A stretch of DNA of 27,841 nucleotides, from NCBI GenBank assembly GCA_041686025.1, contig JAWLEP010000035.1, positions 1 through 27,841 of the forward strand. Reading direction: 5' to 3'. The notes beneath the pieces were generated by a model. That model did not search any database. It was given only the letters and a program-made list of their open reading frames with translations, and was not told the DNA's origin. Positions within the stretch are counted from its first letter, which is position 1. Each line of letters starts with the position of its first letter. The DNA comes from Candidatus Fermentibacteraceae bacterium (GTDB taxonomy: Bacteria > Fermentibacterota > Fermentibacteria > Fermentibacterales > JCC-6). The translations under genes were made by a program, and so were the position numbers. Positions 18,102 through 26,882 of the stretch are shown piece after piece.

Positions 18102-18369
18102 ATCGGGGATATGCTAAATGCCGGGCCGAAAAGATGGCGAAACGCCAAAATCCGCCTTCCCGCCCGGGTCCCGGTGTGGGAGGATGACCGGGGTATGGCG
18201 GAGCCAAGCGCAAAACGGCCTGCATCCGGCCATGCAAAGGTCCGTTGAGGTAATATTCCGCCCCTCGGCCGCTCCCAGCCCCGCCCATTCCCCAGGGTGT
18301 CGGGAACGGCCACGACCCTGCATAATCCCAGGGTTGCAGCAACCACACACACCGCGTGAAGGGTGGAGC

Positions 18370-19953
18370 ATGAGAGTGGAGGACCTTGTGGAGGAGGGCT
18401 CGGTAGCCGCGCGCAACCGCGAAGGCGTGATAGTCGGTCTGAAGACGGAGGTGGATTCGGCCGCGGACCTGCTGGAGCACGTGCCGGCCTCCGTGGGCGA
18501 GGGCCGCGAGGTCTACCGGAGGGGCCTGATACTGGCCCTGGACTGCGCTGCCAGAAGGGCCTTCCCGGACTGCAGGCTCTGGGTGGAGCACTCCCTGTCG
18601 CTGGGATACAGGTGCCGGCTGGAGGAACGTCCGCCGCTCCCCTCCGAGGAGATAGTGGCCGTGCTCTCGCGGCACCTGACCAGGGTGGTCGAGGAGGGCC
18701 TGCCCATCGAATGGGTCGAGGTGAAGGACGCCGGCAAGGCTCCCCGGGCCTGCGGGGCCCTGCTGCGCTGGGCGGAGGGAAAACGGCCCATGAGGGTCAA
18801 CGTTCTGGAGAGCTCCTGCGCCTTCGCAATGGGCCCGGCGGTTCCCGACACCTCCTGGCTGCAGAGATGGGAGCTCAAGCCCACCGGCAGGGATTTTGTG
18901 CTCCGCTTCCCCGGGTCGGCCACCTGGCCGGAGATCAGCCCCTGGGAGCCCAGGCCGAAGCTGGCCCGGGAGTTCGACCTGGAGGAGCGTCACGGAGCCA
19001 GGATGGGCGTGCGAACGGTGGATGAGCTCAACACGCGCACCCGCGAGGACGGCGGAAGGAGGGTAGTGGTGATGAGCCACTTCTACCAGACCTTCCGGCT
19101 GGTCCAGATAGTTCAGTCGCTGCAGGACAACTTTCCCAAGAAGCGGCTGATAACCATCGCCGGCCCTTCGTCCAGCGGAAAGACCACCGTGGCCAGGCTG
19201 CTGACCACCTACCTGCGGGCCAAGGGTTTCGGCGCCAAGTCGGTGAGCGTGGACAACTACTTCCGCCACAGGGAGGACACCCCCCTGGGAGTGGACGGCA
19301 GGCCGGACTTCGAGTGTCTGGAGGCCCTGGAGACCGAGCTGTTCGGCAGACACCTGGGGCTGCTTCTGGGAGGGAAGGAGGTGAGTCTGCCCCGTTTCGA
19401 CTTCCAGAGCGGCAGGCGAAGCGACGACGTGACACCCATGCGGCTGGCGGAGACCGACTTCCTCATCATCGAGGGGATACACGGCCTCAACGACATGCTC
19501 ACCCCGGGCGTGGACCCGGAAAGAAAGTACCGGATATACGTCTCGGCGCTGACGCAGCTGAACATCGACAGGCTCACCAGGATGTCCACATCGGACAGCC
19601 GCCTGCTGCGGAGAATTGTGAGGGACAGCACCTGCAGGGGATACTCGGCGGAGGACACCATCAACAACTGGCCCATGGTCCGGCGGGGGGAGAGGATGAA
19701 CATATTCCCCTTCCAGGAGAGGGCGGATGCGATGTTCAACTCCGCCCTGCCCTACGAGCTGCCCGTCCTGCGCAACTACGCCATACCGCTGCTGAAGGAG
19801 GTCCGGCCGGGGTCGCGGGCCTATCACACCGCCGACCGGCTGCTGCGTCTTCTGGACCTTGTCATACCCATAGATTCGGAGATGGTGCCCAAGCTGAGCC
19901 TCCTCCGGGAGTTCATAGGCGGCTCCCTGCTGGACGAAAGCGAGAGGAAGTAG
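18370..19953 (+). CDS. Nucleoside (uridine) kinase / PRK-family protein with ThrRS-like N-terminal region
   Basis: ATG at 18370 with GGAG RBS. Walker A IAGPSSSGKTT, VDNYF, DFECLEAL, IIEGIHGLN, YVSALTQLNID, RLLRRIVRD and IFPFQE.AD.MFNSAL.YEL. Confidence 0.88.
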   Translation: MRVEDLVEEGSVAARNREGVIVGLKTEVDSAADLLEHVPASVGEGREVYRRGLILALDCAARRAFPDCRLWVEHSLSLGYRCRLEERPPLPSEEIVAVLSRHLTRVVEEGLPIEWVEVKDAGKAPRACGALLRWAEGKRPMRVNVLESSCAFAMGPAVPDTSWLQRWELKPTGRDFVLRFPGSATWPEISPWEPRPKLAREFDLEERHGARMGVRTVDELNTRTREDGGRRVVVMSHFYQTFRLVQIVQSLQDNFPKKRLITIAGPSSSGKTTVARLLTTYLRAKGFGAKSVSVDNYFRHREDTPLGVDGRPDFECLEALETELFGRHLGLLLGGKEVSLPRFDFQSGRRSDDVTPMRLAETDFLIIEGIHGLNDMLTPGVDPERKYRIYVSALTQLNIDRLTRMSTSDSRLLRRIVRDSTCRGYSAEDTINNWPMVRRGERMNIFPFQERADAMFNSALPYELPVLRNYAIPLLKEVRPGSRAYHTADRLLRLLDLVIPIDSEMVPKLSLLREFIGGSLLDESERK

Positions 19954-19956
19954 ATT

Positions 19957-21870
19957 ATGCACATTACCATGATGGTTCTGGTGCTGCTGATGGCCCCCCG
20001 GCCCGAGCAGTCCAACATCGCCTGGACCCGGCCGCTGAACCCGCCGGGGGCCTCCGCCCTCGAGCCTCCGCAGCACTCCTTCGACGTGCTCCACTACGAC
20101 CTCTGGCTGGACGTATATCCCGACGCCTCGCAGCTCACCTGCACCGCCACCCTTACCCTGACCCCCACCGAGGAGAACGTGGAGGAGATAGGCCTCAACC
20201 TGAGTTCCATGGCGGTGGACTCGGTCTGGGACACCTCCGGCCCGCTCTCATACAGCCAGCCCGGCGACTCCCTGATCGTGCAGCTGGCCGGGCCCGCCGG
20301 TACGGGGGATACGCTGGAGGTCTCCATCTCCTACGGGGGCGAGCCCTGGAACGAGGGAACCGGCGGCTTCGGCGGCTTCTGGTTCCGCCCCAGCATCCCC
20401 GTGGCCTTTCAGATGGGAGTGGGCATCTACACCGACCCGCCCTCGGTGGGCCGGGCCATGTTCCCCTGCTGGGACCATCCCTCCGACAAGGCCACCTTCG
20501 AGTTCCACGTCACCTGCCCGGACACCCTCTACGCCGTGGCCAACGGAGACCTCTTGAGGGTTACTTCCGAAGGCGGCCGGGCCCTCTACGAATGGAACCT
20601 GGACCAGCCCATGAGCACCTACCTGGCTGCGGTGTCGGTAGGTGACTACACGGTCCTCACCGACTCCACCTACGACTGGATCAAGTACTACGTCTACGAA
20701 TGGGACGTGGAGGACGCCCTGGGGAGCTTCGCCAACGTGGACCTGATCATGGACCAGCTCCAGAGCCGCTACGGGCCCTACCCTTGGGACTGCAAGTTCT
20801 CCTACGTGCAGACACCCAAGGGGGACATGGAGCATCTTAGCCAGGTGTACCACCTGGCCATGCTGATCAACGGGAGCACCACCTACGACTGGCTCCTGGC
20901 CCACGAGCTGGGCCACCAGTGGTGGGGGAACTGCGTCACCGAGAGCCAGTGGTCGGACGTATGGCTCTCCGAGGGCTTCGCCACCTACACCGAAGCCGTC
21001 TGGCAGGAGCACTACGGCCAGGAGGAGTACGACGACTACATGGTGAACCAGATCATGATCCCCTACCTGCAGAGCGGCGAGACGTTTCCGCTGGCCGGAC
21101 CCTCCACCCCGTCGGAGTACTGGAGCTACACCACCTACGAGAAGGGGGCCAGCGTCCTGCACATGCTCCGTTACGTGGTGGGAGACGGCGAATTCTTCGC
21201 CGCGCTGGACGAGTACTTCGACCACCATTCCTACGGCCTGGCCACCACCGACGACCTCCGCGACCACTTCGAGAACGTTACCGGGGACGACATGGACTGG
21301 TTCTTCGACACCTGGGTGTGGGGAGAGGGCTACCCGCTCTACGAGATGGACTACGACTGGTCCCAGTCCGGGTCGGACTGGGAGCTGACGGTGGACGTCA
21401 GCCAGGTTCAGACCACCCCCACCATATTCTCCATGCCCCTGGAGTTCCTGGTGGAGGGAGCCTCCCAGGACACGGTGGTGGTGATGTGGAATGATCAACA
21501 GTACGACACCGAGACATTCCTGCTGCCCTTCGAGCCGCAGTCGGTAAGCTTCGACCCCTACCACCACATCCTCTCCACCCATCTCACGGGCGTGGATGAC
21601 GACCCCGTTCCCCCGCCGGGAGGCGCCGGCACCATGATGGCCCGTCCCAACCCGGCATCCGTCTCCACCGTCATCGTCTGGGACGGGATGGAGGAAAGGA
21701 ACGGAGAAGCGAGGCTCTTCGACCTGGCAGGAAGATCTGTGCGGCGGGCCTCCATGGAGGCGGGAACGGCAACCCTGGACCTGAGGGGACTTCCCTCGGG
21801 GACCTACTTCGTGGAGGCCAGGGCGGCGGGAGGTCTGCGGCAGGTCTGCAGGCTGGTGGTGGTGGACTAG
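19957..21870 (+). CDS. Secreted M1 family aminopeptidase with C-terminal T9SS-type sorting domain
   Basis: FDVLHYDL, FPCWDHPSDKAT, PMSTYL, GDMEH, HELGHQWWG..WLSEGFATY and YEKGASVLHMLR. C-terminal PNPAS...LFDLAGRSV...LPSGTYFV...RLVVVD. Confidence 0.92.
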   Translation: MHITMMVLVLLMAPRPEQSNIAWTRPLNPPGASALEPPQHSFDVLHYDLWLDVYPDASQLTCTATLTLTPTEENVEEIGLNLSSMAVDSVWDTSGPLSYSQPGDSLIVQLAGPAGTGDTLEVSISYGGEPWNEGTGGFGGFWFRPSIPVAFQMGVGIYTDPPSVGRAMFPCWDHPSDKATFEFHVTCPDTLYAVANGDLLRVTSEGGRALYEWNLDQPMSTYLAAVSVGDYTVLTDSTYDWIKYYVYEWDVEDALGSFANVDLIMDQLQSRYGPYPWDCKFSYVQTPKGDMEHLSQVYHLAMLINGSTTYDWLLAHELGHQWWGNCVTESQWSDVWLSEGFATYTEAVWQEHYGQEEYDDYMVNQIMIPYLQSGETFPLAGPSTPSEYWSYTTYEKGASVLHMLRYVVGDGEFFAALDEYFDHHSYGLATTDDLRDHFENVTGDDMDWFFDTWVWGEGYPLYEMDYDWSQSGSDWELTVDVSQVQTTPTIFSMPLEFLVEGASQDTVVVMWNDQQYDTETFLLPFEPQSVSFDPYHHILSTHLTGVDDDPVPPPGGAGTMMARPNPASVSTVIVWDGMEERNGEARLFDLAGRSVRRASMEAGTATLDLRGLPSGTYFVEARAAGGLRQVCRLVVVD

Positions 21871-21888
21871 ACAACCGGCCGGCGGGCC

Positions 21889-22206
21889 TCAGATCACATC
21901 GGAGGCGGCCGCCAGGCCGGCGTGGAGAATCAGGCCGGCGTCCAGGCCCCTCTCCAGGTCTGCGGGAGCCAGAAGCTCCGCTATCTCGGTGCCGTTCATG
22001 TACAGCCGGTCCCTCTGGGGGACCTCGGAGGAGGACTCCACCGTCTCCCTCCTCGTGGACAGGCTGACCCGGACCCCCATGGGGGAGAGGTGCCTCTGGA
22101 GGGAATCCACGGCGTTAAGCAGGTCGGTCTCGGAAATCGGACGCGCGGAGCAGGGCCGGCCCGAGCCGTCCACGCTTATCACCGCGTTGACCAGCAGGGC
22201 CCCCAA
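21889..22206 (-). CDS. DUF2703-like small protein (thioredoxin-like, degenerate Cys motif)
   Basis: TTG begins 1 nt after the sucD-like stop. LLNAVDSLQRHLSPMGVRVSL...DRLYMNGTEIAELL resembles DUF2703 but only one Cys is present. Confidence 0.5.
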   Translation of the reverse strand: MGALLVNAVISVDGSGRPCSARPISETDLLNAVDSLQRHLSPMGVRVSLSTRRETVESSSEVPQRDRLYMNGTEIAELLAPADLERGLDAGLILHAGLAAASDVI

Positions 22207-22207
22207 G

Positions 22208-23179
22208 TCAGGCCCGCAGGCCCAGAGTCCGCGCCGTGCTGGCGAACACCGCGTCCGGCCTCTCCACCACCACGGCTCCCGCCTTCTCCAGGGCCTTGCG
22301 CTTGGCGCCGTAGGCCTCTTCGGGGTTGCGTATCATGGCCCCGGCGTGGCTCTGGGCCACCCCGGCCTCGGTGTACTTGCCCCCCAGGAACACCACCACG
22401 GGCTTTGAGATCTCACCGGACTCCATGGCCCTGGCCAGGTCGTTCTCCTGGCTGGTGCCGGTCTCGCCGTAGACGGCAATCACCTTCGTACGGGGGTCGG
22501 CCTCGAAGGCCCTGGCGGCGTCCGGGATGCTTACTCCGGGAATGGGATCCCCGCCAACGCAGACCACCGCTGAGACTCCGGGATAGTCCTCTCCCCACAG
22601 GGGGCCGAAGCTGCCGTCCTCCCGGGGGCCGGGAAGGTTGGGCCGGCAGTGGAAGGCTCCCAGCAGCTGCGACAGCCCGCCCGAGCGGGATATCACCCCT
22701 ACGGAGCCGGGAAGGTAGTTCTTCCGCGCCCAGCTGGCCCGGCCGCCTATCAGGCCGAACAGGTAGCCGGAGGTGTCCAGGAGGCCCACCGTGTTGGGGC
22801 CCAGGAAGCGGCAGCCCTTGCGGGACGACAGCTCCTTGAGGACGGCGGCGTCGTGGGTGGGGACGCCGTCGGCGGTGAGGACCAGGAATCCGAGCCCGGC
22901 CTCCATGGCGTCGGAGGCCGCGGACCTGGCCGCTTTGGCCGGAACGTAGAACACCGCCGTGTTGAGCTCGGGGTGGGCCTTTACGGCCTCGGAGGCCGAG
23001 TCGTAGACGGGGGTTCCGTCCACTTCCTGGCCGCCCTTGCCCGGCGTGCAGCCGGCCACGATGTCGGTTCCGAACTTCCTCATCAGCCTGGTCCTGCTCC
23101 TGCCCTGACGGCCGGTGATGCCGAAGACCAGGACCCTGGGCTCCTCCACGTCCGCCAGATGCTCCAGTATGCCGCCCAT
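22208..23179 (-). CDS. Acyl-CoA synthetase (NDP-forming) alpha subunit, SucD-like
   Basis: [45 protein letters not shown] and phospho-His motif SHAGA. TGATG overlap with the upstream beta subunit. Confidence 0.9.
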   Translation of the reverse strand: MGGILEHLADVEEPRVLVFGITGRQGRSRTRLMRKFGTDIVAGCTPGKGGQEVDGTPVYDSASEAVKAHPELNTAVFYVPAKAARSAASDAMEAGLGFLVLTADGVPTHDAAVLKELSSRKGCRFLGPNTVGLLDTSGYLFGLIGGRASWARKNYLPGSVGVISRSGGLSQLLGAFHCRPNLPGPREDGSFGPLWGEDYPGVSAVVCVGGDPIPGVSIPDAARAFEADPRTKVIAVYGETGTSQENDLARAMESGEISKPVVVFLGGKYTEAGVAQSHAGAMIRNPEEAYGAKRKALEKAGAVVVERPDAVFASTARTLGLRA

Positions 23180-24675
23180 CACTCGACCTCCTCGGGAAGA
23201 TCAAGAACAACTCTAAGCTCGCCGTTTCCCTCCAGCAGAGACGCGGTCTCGCACATCAGGCATCCTGTGCAACGCGACTCCGGGTTCGGCACCAGGGTCC
23301 GGGAATCGGCGTCCCATGTGAGGTAGCCGGTGGGGCAGGCCTCCAGCAGGTGGTGGGGACGCTCCCCGCAGAGCTCGGGGAAGAAGAAGAACTTTCCGGG
23401 AGGGACCTCGGTCTCGAAGGTGGGCTCTCCCTGCGGGAGGGAGGGAGGATCCACTCGTATCGGCTCCTTCGCAGCTATCGGGGGTATGTCCTCCACCATG
23501 GCGTTGGGGAATATCTCGGCCCTGTAGTGCCGGACCGCCACCGGCAGCCCTTCGGAGACCCTGTCGAACAGGCCGTGGGCCAGGTCCTCGTCAGTGCCTC
23601 CGAACCTCAGAAGCGCCGGGAGGGGGGTGGGAGACTCCCGCAGAGCCTTCCATACCGCCGCCGCCAGGTGGTGCTGGTTCTGGAAGGCCATTCCCGAGCC
23701 CGTGAGGAGCAGGACGTGGGCGCCCTCCTGGGAGAGGATGGTCCGGAGGATACGGTAGCTCTTGAACGCCGAGAGGCCGCCGGAGGTGTCCGACTCGTTC
23801 ATGGTGTAGATGTCGTCGCGGCCGCCGGTGGTCATCTCCCACAGCATCTTCCCGCCGCCGCCGCAGAGGTTGGTGGCCACCCTCCAGGCGTCCTCCGGGG
23901 GTTCGCTTCGGTTCTGGCGGAAGAAGCCGGTACCCGAAGGGTCGGCCTCGTTTATCCTCTCCACGGCCTGCTCCAGCGGAAGCAGCTCGCGGTGGCCGCC
24001 GCCGGCGGGAGTGAAGAGCTCACGGTCCTCCTTCGCCACGGCCCTGCTCTCGTACTCCGCCCGGCAGTCGATCACCAGGGGGGTGCCGTCCTGCAGGACG
24101 CCTATGGGATTGGCCTCCAGCACCAGCAGACGGTAGCGGATGAAGGCCCGCACCATGCCGTGAAGAAGCGAGGCGACCATCTCCGGCTCGGGCAGCTGCG
24201 GAAGACGCTCGCGGATGGCCTCCTCAGAGGGGGGAGAGGTGAGGGAGAAGGGCATCCGCAGCAGCGTATCCGACCTCTCCTCCACGCCGGAGCCCCCTTC
24301 GGAGCTGAACAGGAGGACTCCCCGGGGGAGCTTGCCCTCTCCGCCCAGGTCCAGCGTACAGGCGGCGTAGTACTCGCCGTACAGCTCCGCGGGGCTGGTG
24401 ACCAGGACGCCCTCGGCCTGTCCCCAGGGGCCGGGGGAGAGGAGCTCGCGCATGGCCAGGCTCATGGCCTCGCTGTCGGTGACGTGCCTGACCAGTCCCC
24501 GGCTGGCCCGGCTGGTTGCTCCGGGGATCTGCGCCTTGACGTAGGCGGGCGGGGCGGGCGGCGGCTCCGGAATGCCGGCGCCTGCGGGGAAGAAGACCCC
24601 CTCCACCACCGGCACTCCCTCGCCGGTGAGGAGCTTTCTGGTTCTGTACTCGGGCAAGGCTGGCATAGCGCTCAT
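23179..24675 (-). CDS. Divergent acyl-CoA synthetase beta subunit (SucC-like ATP-grasp) fused to a C-terminal ferredoxin-like domain
   Basis: LPEY..RKLL...GVPV, YVKAQI, EYY, SSEGGSGVEE, LEANP, NESDTSGG and LRFGGT.E. C-terminal ACPTG...CTGCLMC. Confidence 0.85.
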   Translation of the reverse strand: MSAMPALPEYRTRKLLTGEGVPVVEGVFFPAGAGIPEPPPAPPAYVKAQIPGATSRASRGLVRHVTDSEAMSLAMRELLSPGPWGQAEGVLVTSPAELYGEYYAACTLDLGGEGKLPRGVLLFSSEGGSGVEERSDTLLRMPFSLTSPPSEEAIRERLPQLPEPEMVASLLHGMVRAFIRYRLLVLEANPIGVLQDGTPLVIDCRAEYESRAVAKEDRELFTPAGGGHRELLPLEQAVERINEADPSGTGFFRQNRSEPPEDAWRVATNLCGGGGKMLWEMTTGGRDDIYTMNESDTSGGLSAFKSYRILRTILSQEGAHVLLLTGSGMAFQNQHHLAAAVWKALRESPTPLPALLRFGGTDEDLAHGLFDRVSEGLPVAVRHYRAEIFPNAMVEDIPPIAAKEPIRVDPPSLPQGEPTFETEVPPGKFFFFPELCGERPHHLLEACPTGYLTWDADSRTLVPNPESRCTGCLMCETASLLEGNGELRVVLDLPEEVE

Positions 24676-24691
24676 CCCTCCTGGGAATGGA

Positions 24692-25762
24692 TCATGCGTG
24701 ACCGTCGGGGGGCTCGATTCCCCTCTCGGCGGCTTTCCTGCGCATCTCGCGGTCGGTCCTGGCCACGGCCCGGCTCCACTGCAGGGCCACGGGCAGCTTC
24801 AGGCTGTAGAGGAAGTTGTACTCGGTGTAGCAGGAGGCGGTGCAGGCCTGGCAGGGCAGCTCGGAGGCGGCCCGGAAGGCCTGTTCGAATCCCACATCCA
24901 ATGCATTCTTCGCCTGGGGGTAGAGGCCGATCAGCAGCGAGCAGGGGTAGACCCTGCCGTCCACGTCGATGTTGCAGTACATCCTCCCCGCCCGGCAGGA
25001 GACCCCATGGAACCGCCGACCCAGACGGGTACTCGAGAAGTCGGGCCATTCCGCCAGGCTCCCGAGGTAGTGGGTGGAGTTGGCGATGGGTGCCCCGGCC
25101 CGCTTCATCTCCAGCAGCCTCCCCAGAGCCTCCCCGTACTCCTCCCGGGTGGGCATCAGCCCGGAGGTGTCGCCCCCCAGCTTCTCGTTGTGGTGGAGGG
25201 TCTGGAAGGTGGTGAGGAAACCGTATCGCTCCGCGGTCTCCATGATGTAATCGAGGTGGTTTATGTTGTTGCGGGTGAGGACGGTGATGGTCCACATCCG
25301 CGTCCTCCCCGAGGCCACCTCCATGGCGGCGGTCACCTTGTCGAAGCTCCCCGTCTCCCGGTTGGCGTCATGGGCCTCCCGGGGCCCGTCGAAGGCCAGC
25401 ACCAGATGGTCTATGTTGTCGAGTATCTCCCTCCTGGCGGGGATCAGGTAGCCGTTGCTGTCCACGCTGACGTAGATCCCCAGCGACCTGGCGTAGGCGC
25501 ACAGCTCCACTATGTCCCGCCGCATGAGGGGCTCGCCGCCCCAGACCCCCAGCCTCTGGGTGCCGGCATCCCTCATCTGGGAGAACAGGTCCTTCCACTG
25601 CTCCGTGGACAGGTCCGGCCTGTTCTGCTCGGGAATCTGGCAGTAGGTGCAGCGGCTGGGGCAGTGGTCGGTGACGCTGGCCATGACGTTCACCGGCCTC
25701 CTTCGGCCCAGCAGCCCCAGCACGGCCGAGATTCCCATTCTCATCTGCCCGAGGAGGTTCAT
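24692..25762 (-). CDS. Radical SAM enzyme with SPASM/twitch domain
   Basis: CPSRCTYC (CxxxCxxC), WGGEPLMR, SNG, CRAGRMYCNIDVDGRVYPC and CQACTASC. Confidence 0.92.
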   Translation of the reverse strand: MNLLGQMRMGISAVLGLLGRRRPVNVMASVTDHCPSRCTYCQIPEQNRPDLSTEQWKDLFSQMRDAGTQRLGVWGGEPLMRRDIVELCAYARSLGIYVSVDSNGYLIPARREILDNIDHLVLAFDGPREAHDANRETGSFDKVTAAMEVASGRTRMWTITVLTRNNINHLDYIMETAERYGFLTTFQTLHHNEKLGGDTSGLMPTREEYGEALGRLLEMKRAGAPIANSTHYLGSLAEWPDFSSTRLGRRFHGVSCRAGRMYCNIDVDGRVYPCSLLIGLYPQAKNALDVGFEQAFRAASELPCQACTASCYTEYNFLYSLKLPVALQWSRAVARTDREMRRKAAERGIEPPDGHA

Positions 25763-26787
25763 GATCCTTCACCGCCTTCCGGCATGCCGGCCCACTGCGG
25801 TCCGTAGGGGCAGGACTCGATCCAGCGGGCGGCCTGCCTGTCCTGGCCGGTAAGGCGGTAGGCCAGACGGTACCACATCTTGGCCGCGCGCTTGAGGGGC
25901 CCCATAAGGGGCCCGTCCGAGCCCGGACAGTCCCGGTTTCCGCGGAGCCTGCCCTCCACCTGCGCCACGAAGTTGGGGCGGGGGGGGGCGAAGTCGAAAC
26001 TGGGGACCTTCGAGAGGGGGGGCAGCGCCTTTTCCTCCCAGTCCCCGTTCCCGTCAACCCGTCCCCTGGCCTTGCGCACGGTCTCTATGTCGTCGGGGTC
26101 GAACCCCATCAGTCGGGCCAGGGACTCGTCCATGGCCACCCTGTCGGTGGACGCCGCCACGAAGTCCGTCTGCCTGGGAGTTCCCGGCTTGGGCCCGTTT
26201 CCCTCCAGGGATACAGTTCCGTCCGCCAGTGTGAGAACCACTGGAATCCTCTCGTTCACCGCCGTCAGATAGTCGGCCAGGCGGCAGTGGTAGTTGTGGC
26301 GGTTGTCGTCGAGGCATCCGTAGAGGTTCTTCAGGGCGGCGGATATGGTGGTGCGGTAGTGGGTCTTGACCACGGGCACCGACACCACCGGCATCCTGGT
26401 GCAGATCTCGGGAATGGAGAACTCCAGCTCCCCGGCCCTGACGGGCACCCATTCGTGCTCGGAGAAGTTGTGCCACAGAAGGCCCCGCCTCTCGGCCGCC
26501 TGCCGCATCCCGGTGACCTCGAAGGCCCGGGTGGCATTCACAAGCACCTGGCTGGACTCCCCCAGCCAGATCCTGCCCACGTGACCCTCCAGGTAGGAGG
26601 CCACCGCCTCCACCACCCAGGGGGAGGTATCCACCCCGGGACGGACGAAGTCCCAGGTGAGGTTTATCTTCAGCAGCACATCCATACCGGCGGGTAGAAG
26701 GGTCCTGGCCTCGACTGCGTCGAGGACCTTGTGCACGGCCCGGGATACCCCCTCGCGGGTGGATGCGTAGTAGACGTTGCTGTCCAC
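25759..26787 (-). CDS. DUF362 domain protein
   Basis: VLLKINL, T.P.VV.AV, GES, VPVVKTH, ALKNLYG, DG...EGNGP and DRVAMD...RLMGFDP. Probable GTG start at 26787 behind a GGGAGG RBS, with an ATGA overlap into the radical SAM gene. Confidence 0.88.
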   Translation of the reverse strand: MDSNVYYASTREGVSRAVHKVLDAVEARTLLPAGMDVLLKINLTWDFVRPGVDTSPWVVEAVASYLEGHVGRIWLGESSQVLVNATRAFEVTGMRQAAERRGLLWHNFSEHEWVPVRAGELEFSIPEICTRMPVVSVPVVKTHYRTTISAALKNLYGCLDDNRHNYHCRLADYLTAVNERIPVVLTLADGTVSLEGNGPKPGTPRQTDFVAASTDRVAMDESLARLMGFDPDDIETVRKARGRVDGNGDWEEKALPPLSKVPSFDFAPPRPNFVAQVEGRLRGNRDCPGSDGPLMGPLKRAAKMWYRLAYRLTGQDRQAARWIESCPYGPQWAGMPEGGEGS

Positions 26788-26807
26788 AGCCCTCCCTTCA
26801 ACCGGGT

Positions 26808-26816
26808 AATATAGCA
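26808..26816 (-). promoter_or_regulatory. Putative extended -10 promoter (TGCTATATT) for the DUF362 operon
   Basis: TGnTATATT on the minus strand about 20 nt upstream of the GTG at 26787, within the short divergent intergenic region. Confidence 0.4.
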
Positions 26817-26882
26817 TTGACCGCCTGAGGTCACAGTCCGTATTAGTTACCTGCATGGTATGGTTTTCACGAAAGGGGGAAC

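Noticed and set aside
18081..18108. dif (XerCD) site
   Set aside because: The region is AT-rich but lacks the XerD arm TTATGTTAAAT and the 11-6-11 layout.
17900..18360. Known riboswitch or RNase P RNA (cobalamin, c-di-GMP-I and others)
   Set aside because: The conserved signature segments were not found by eye, and only generic hairpins are present.
19951..19959. The TAG stop of the nucleoside kinase is in frame with the downstream M1 peptidase (possible pyrrolysine or readthrough fusion)
   Set aside because: Both proteins are complete. The peptidase has its own ATG and hydrophobic N-terminus, and fusing a cytoplasmic kinase to a secreted peptidase is implausible.
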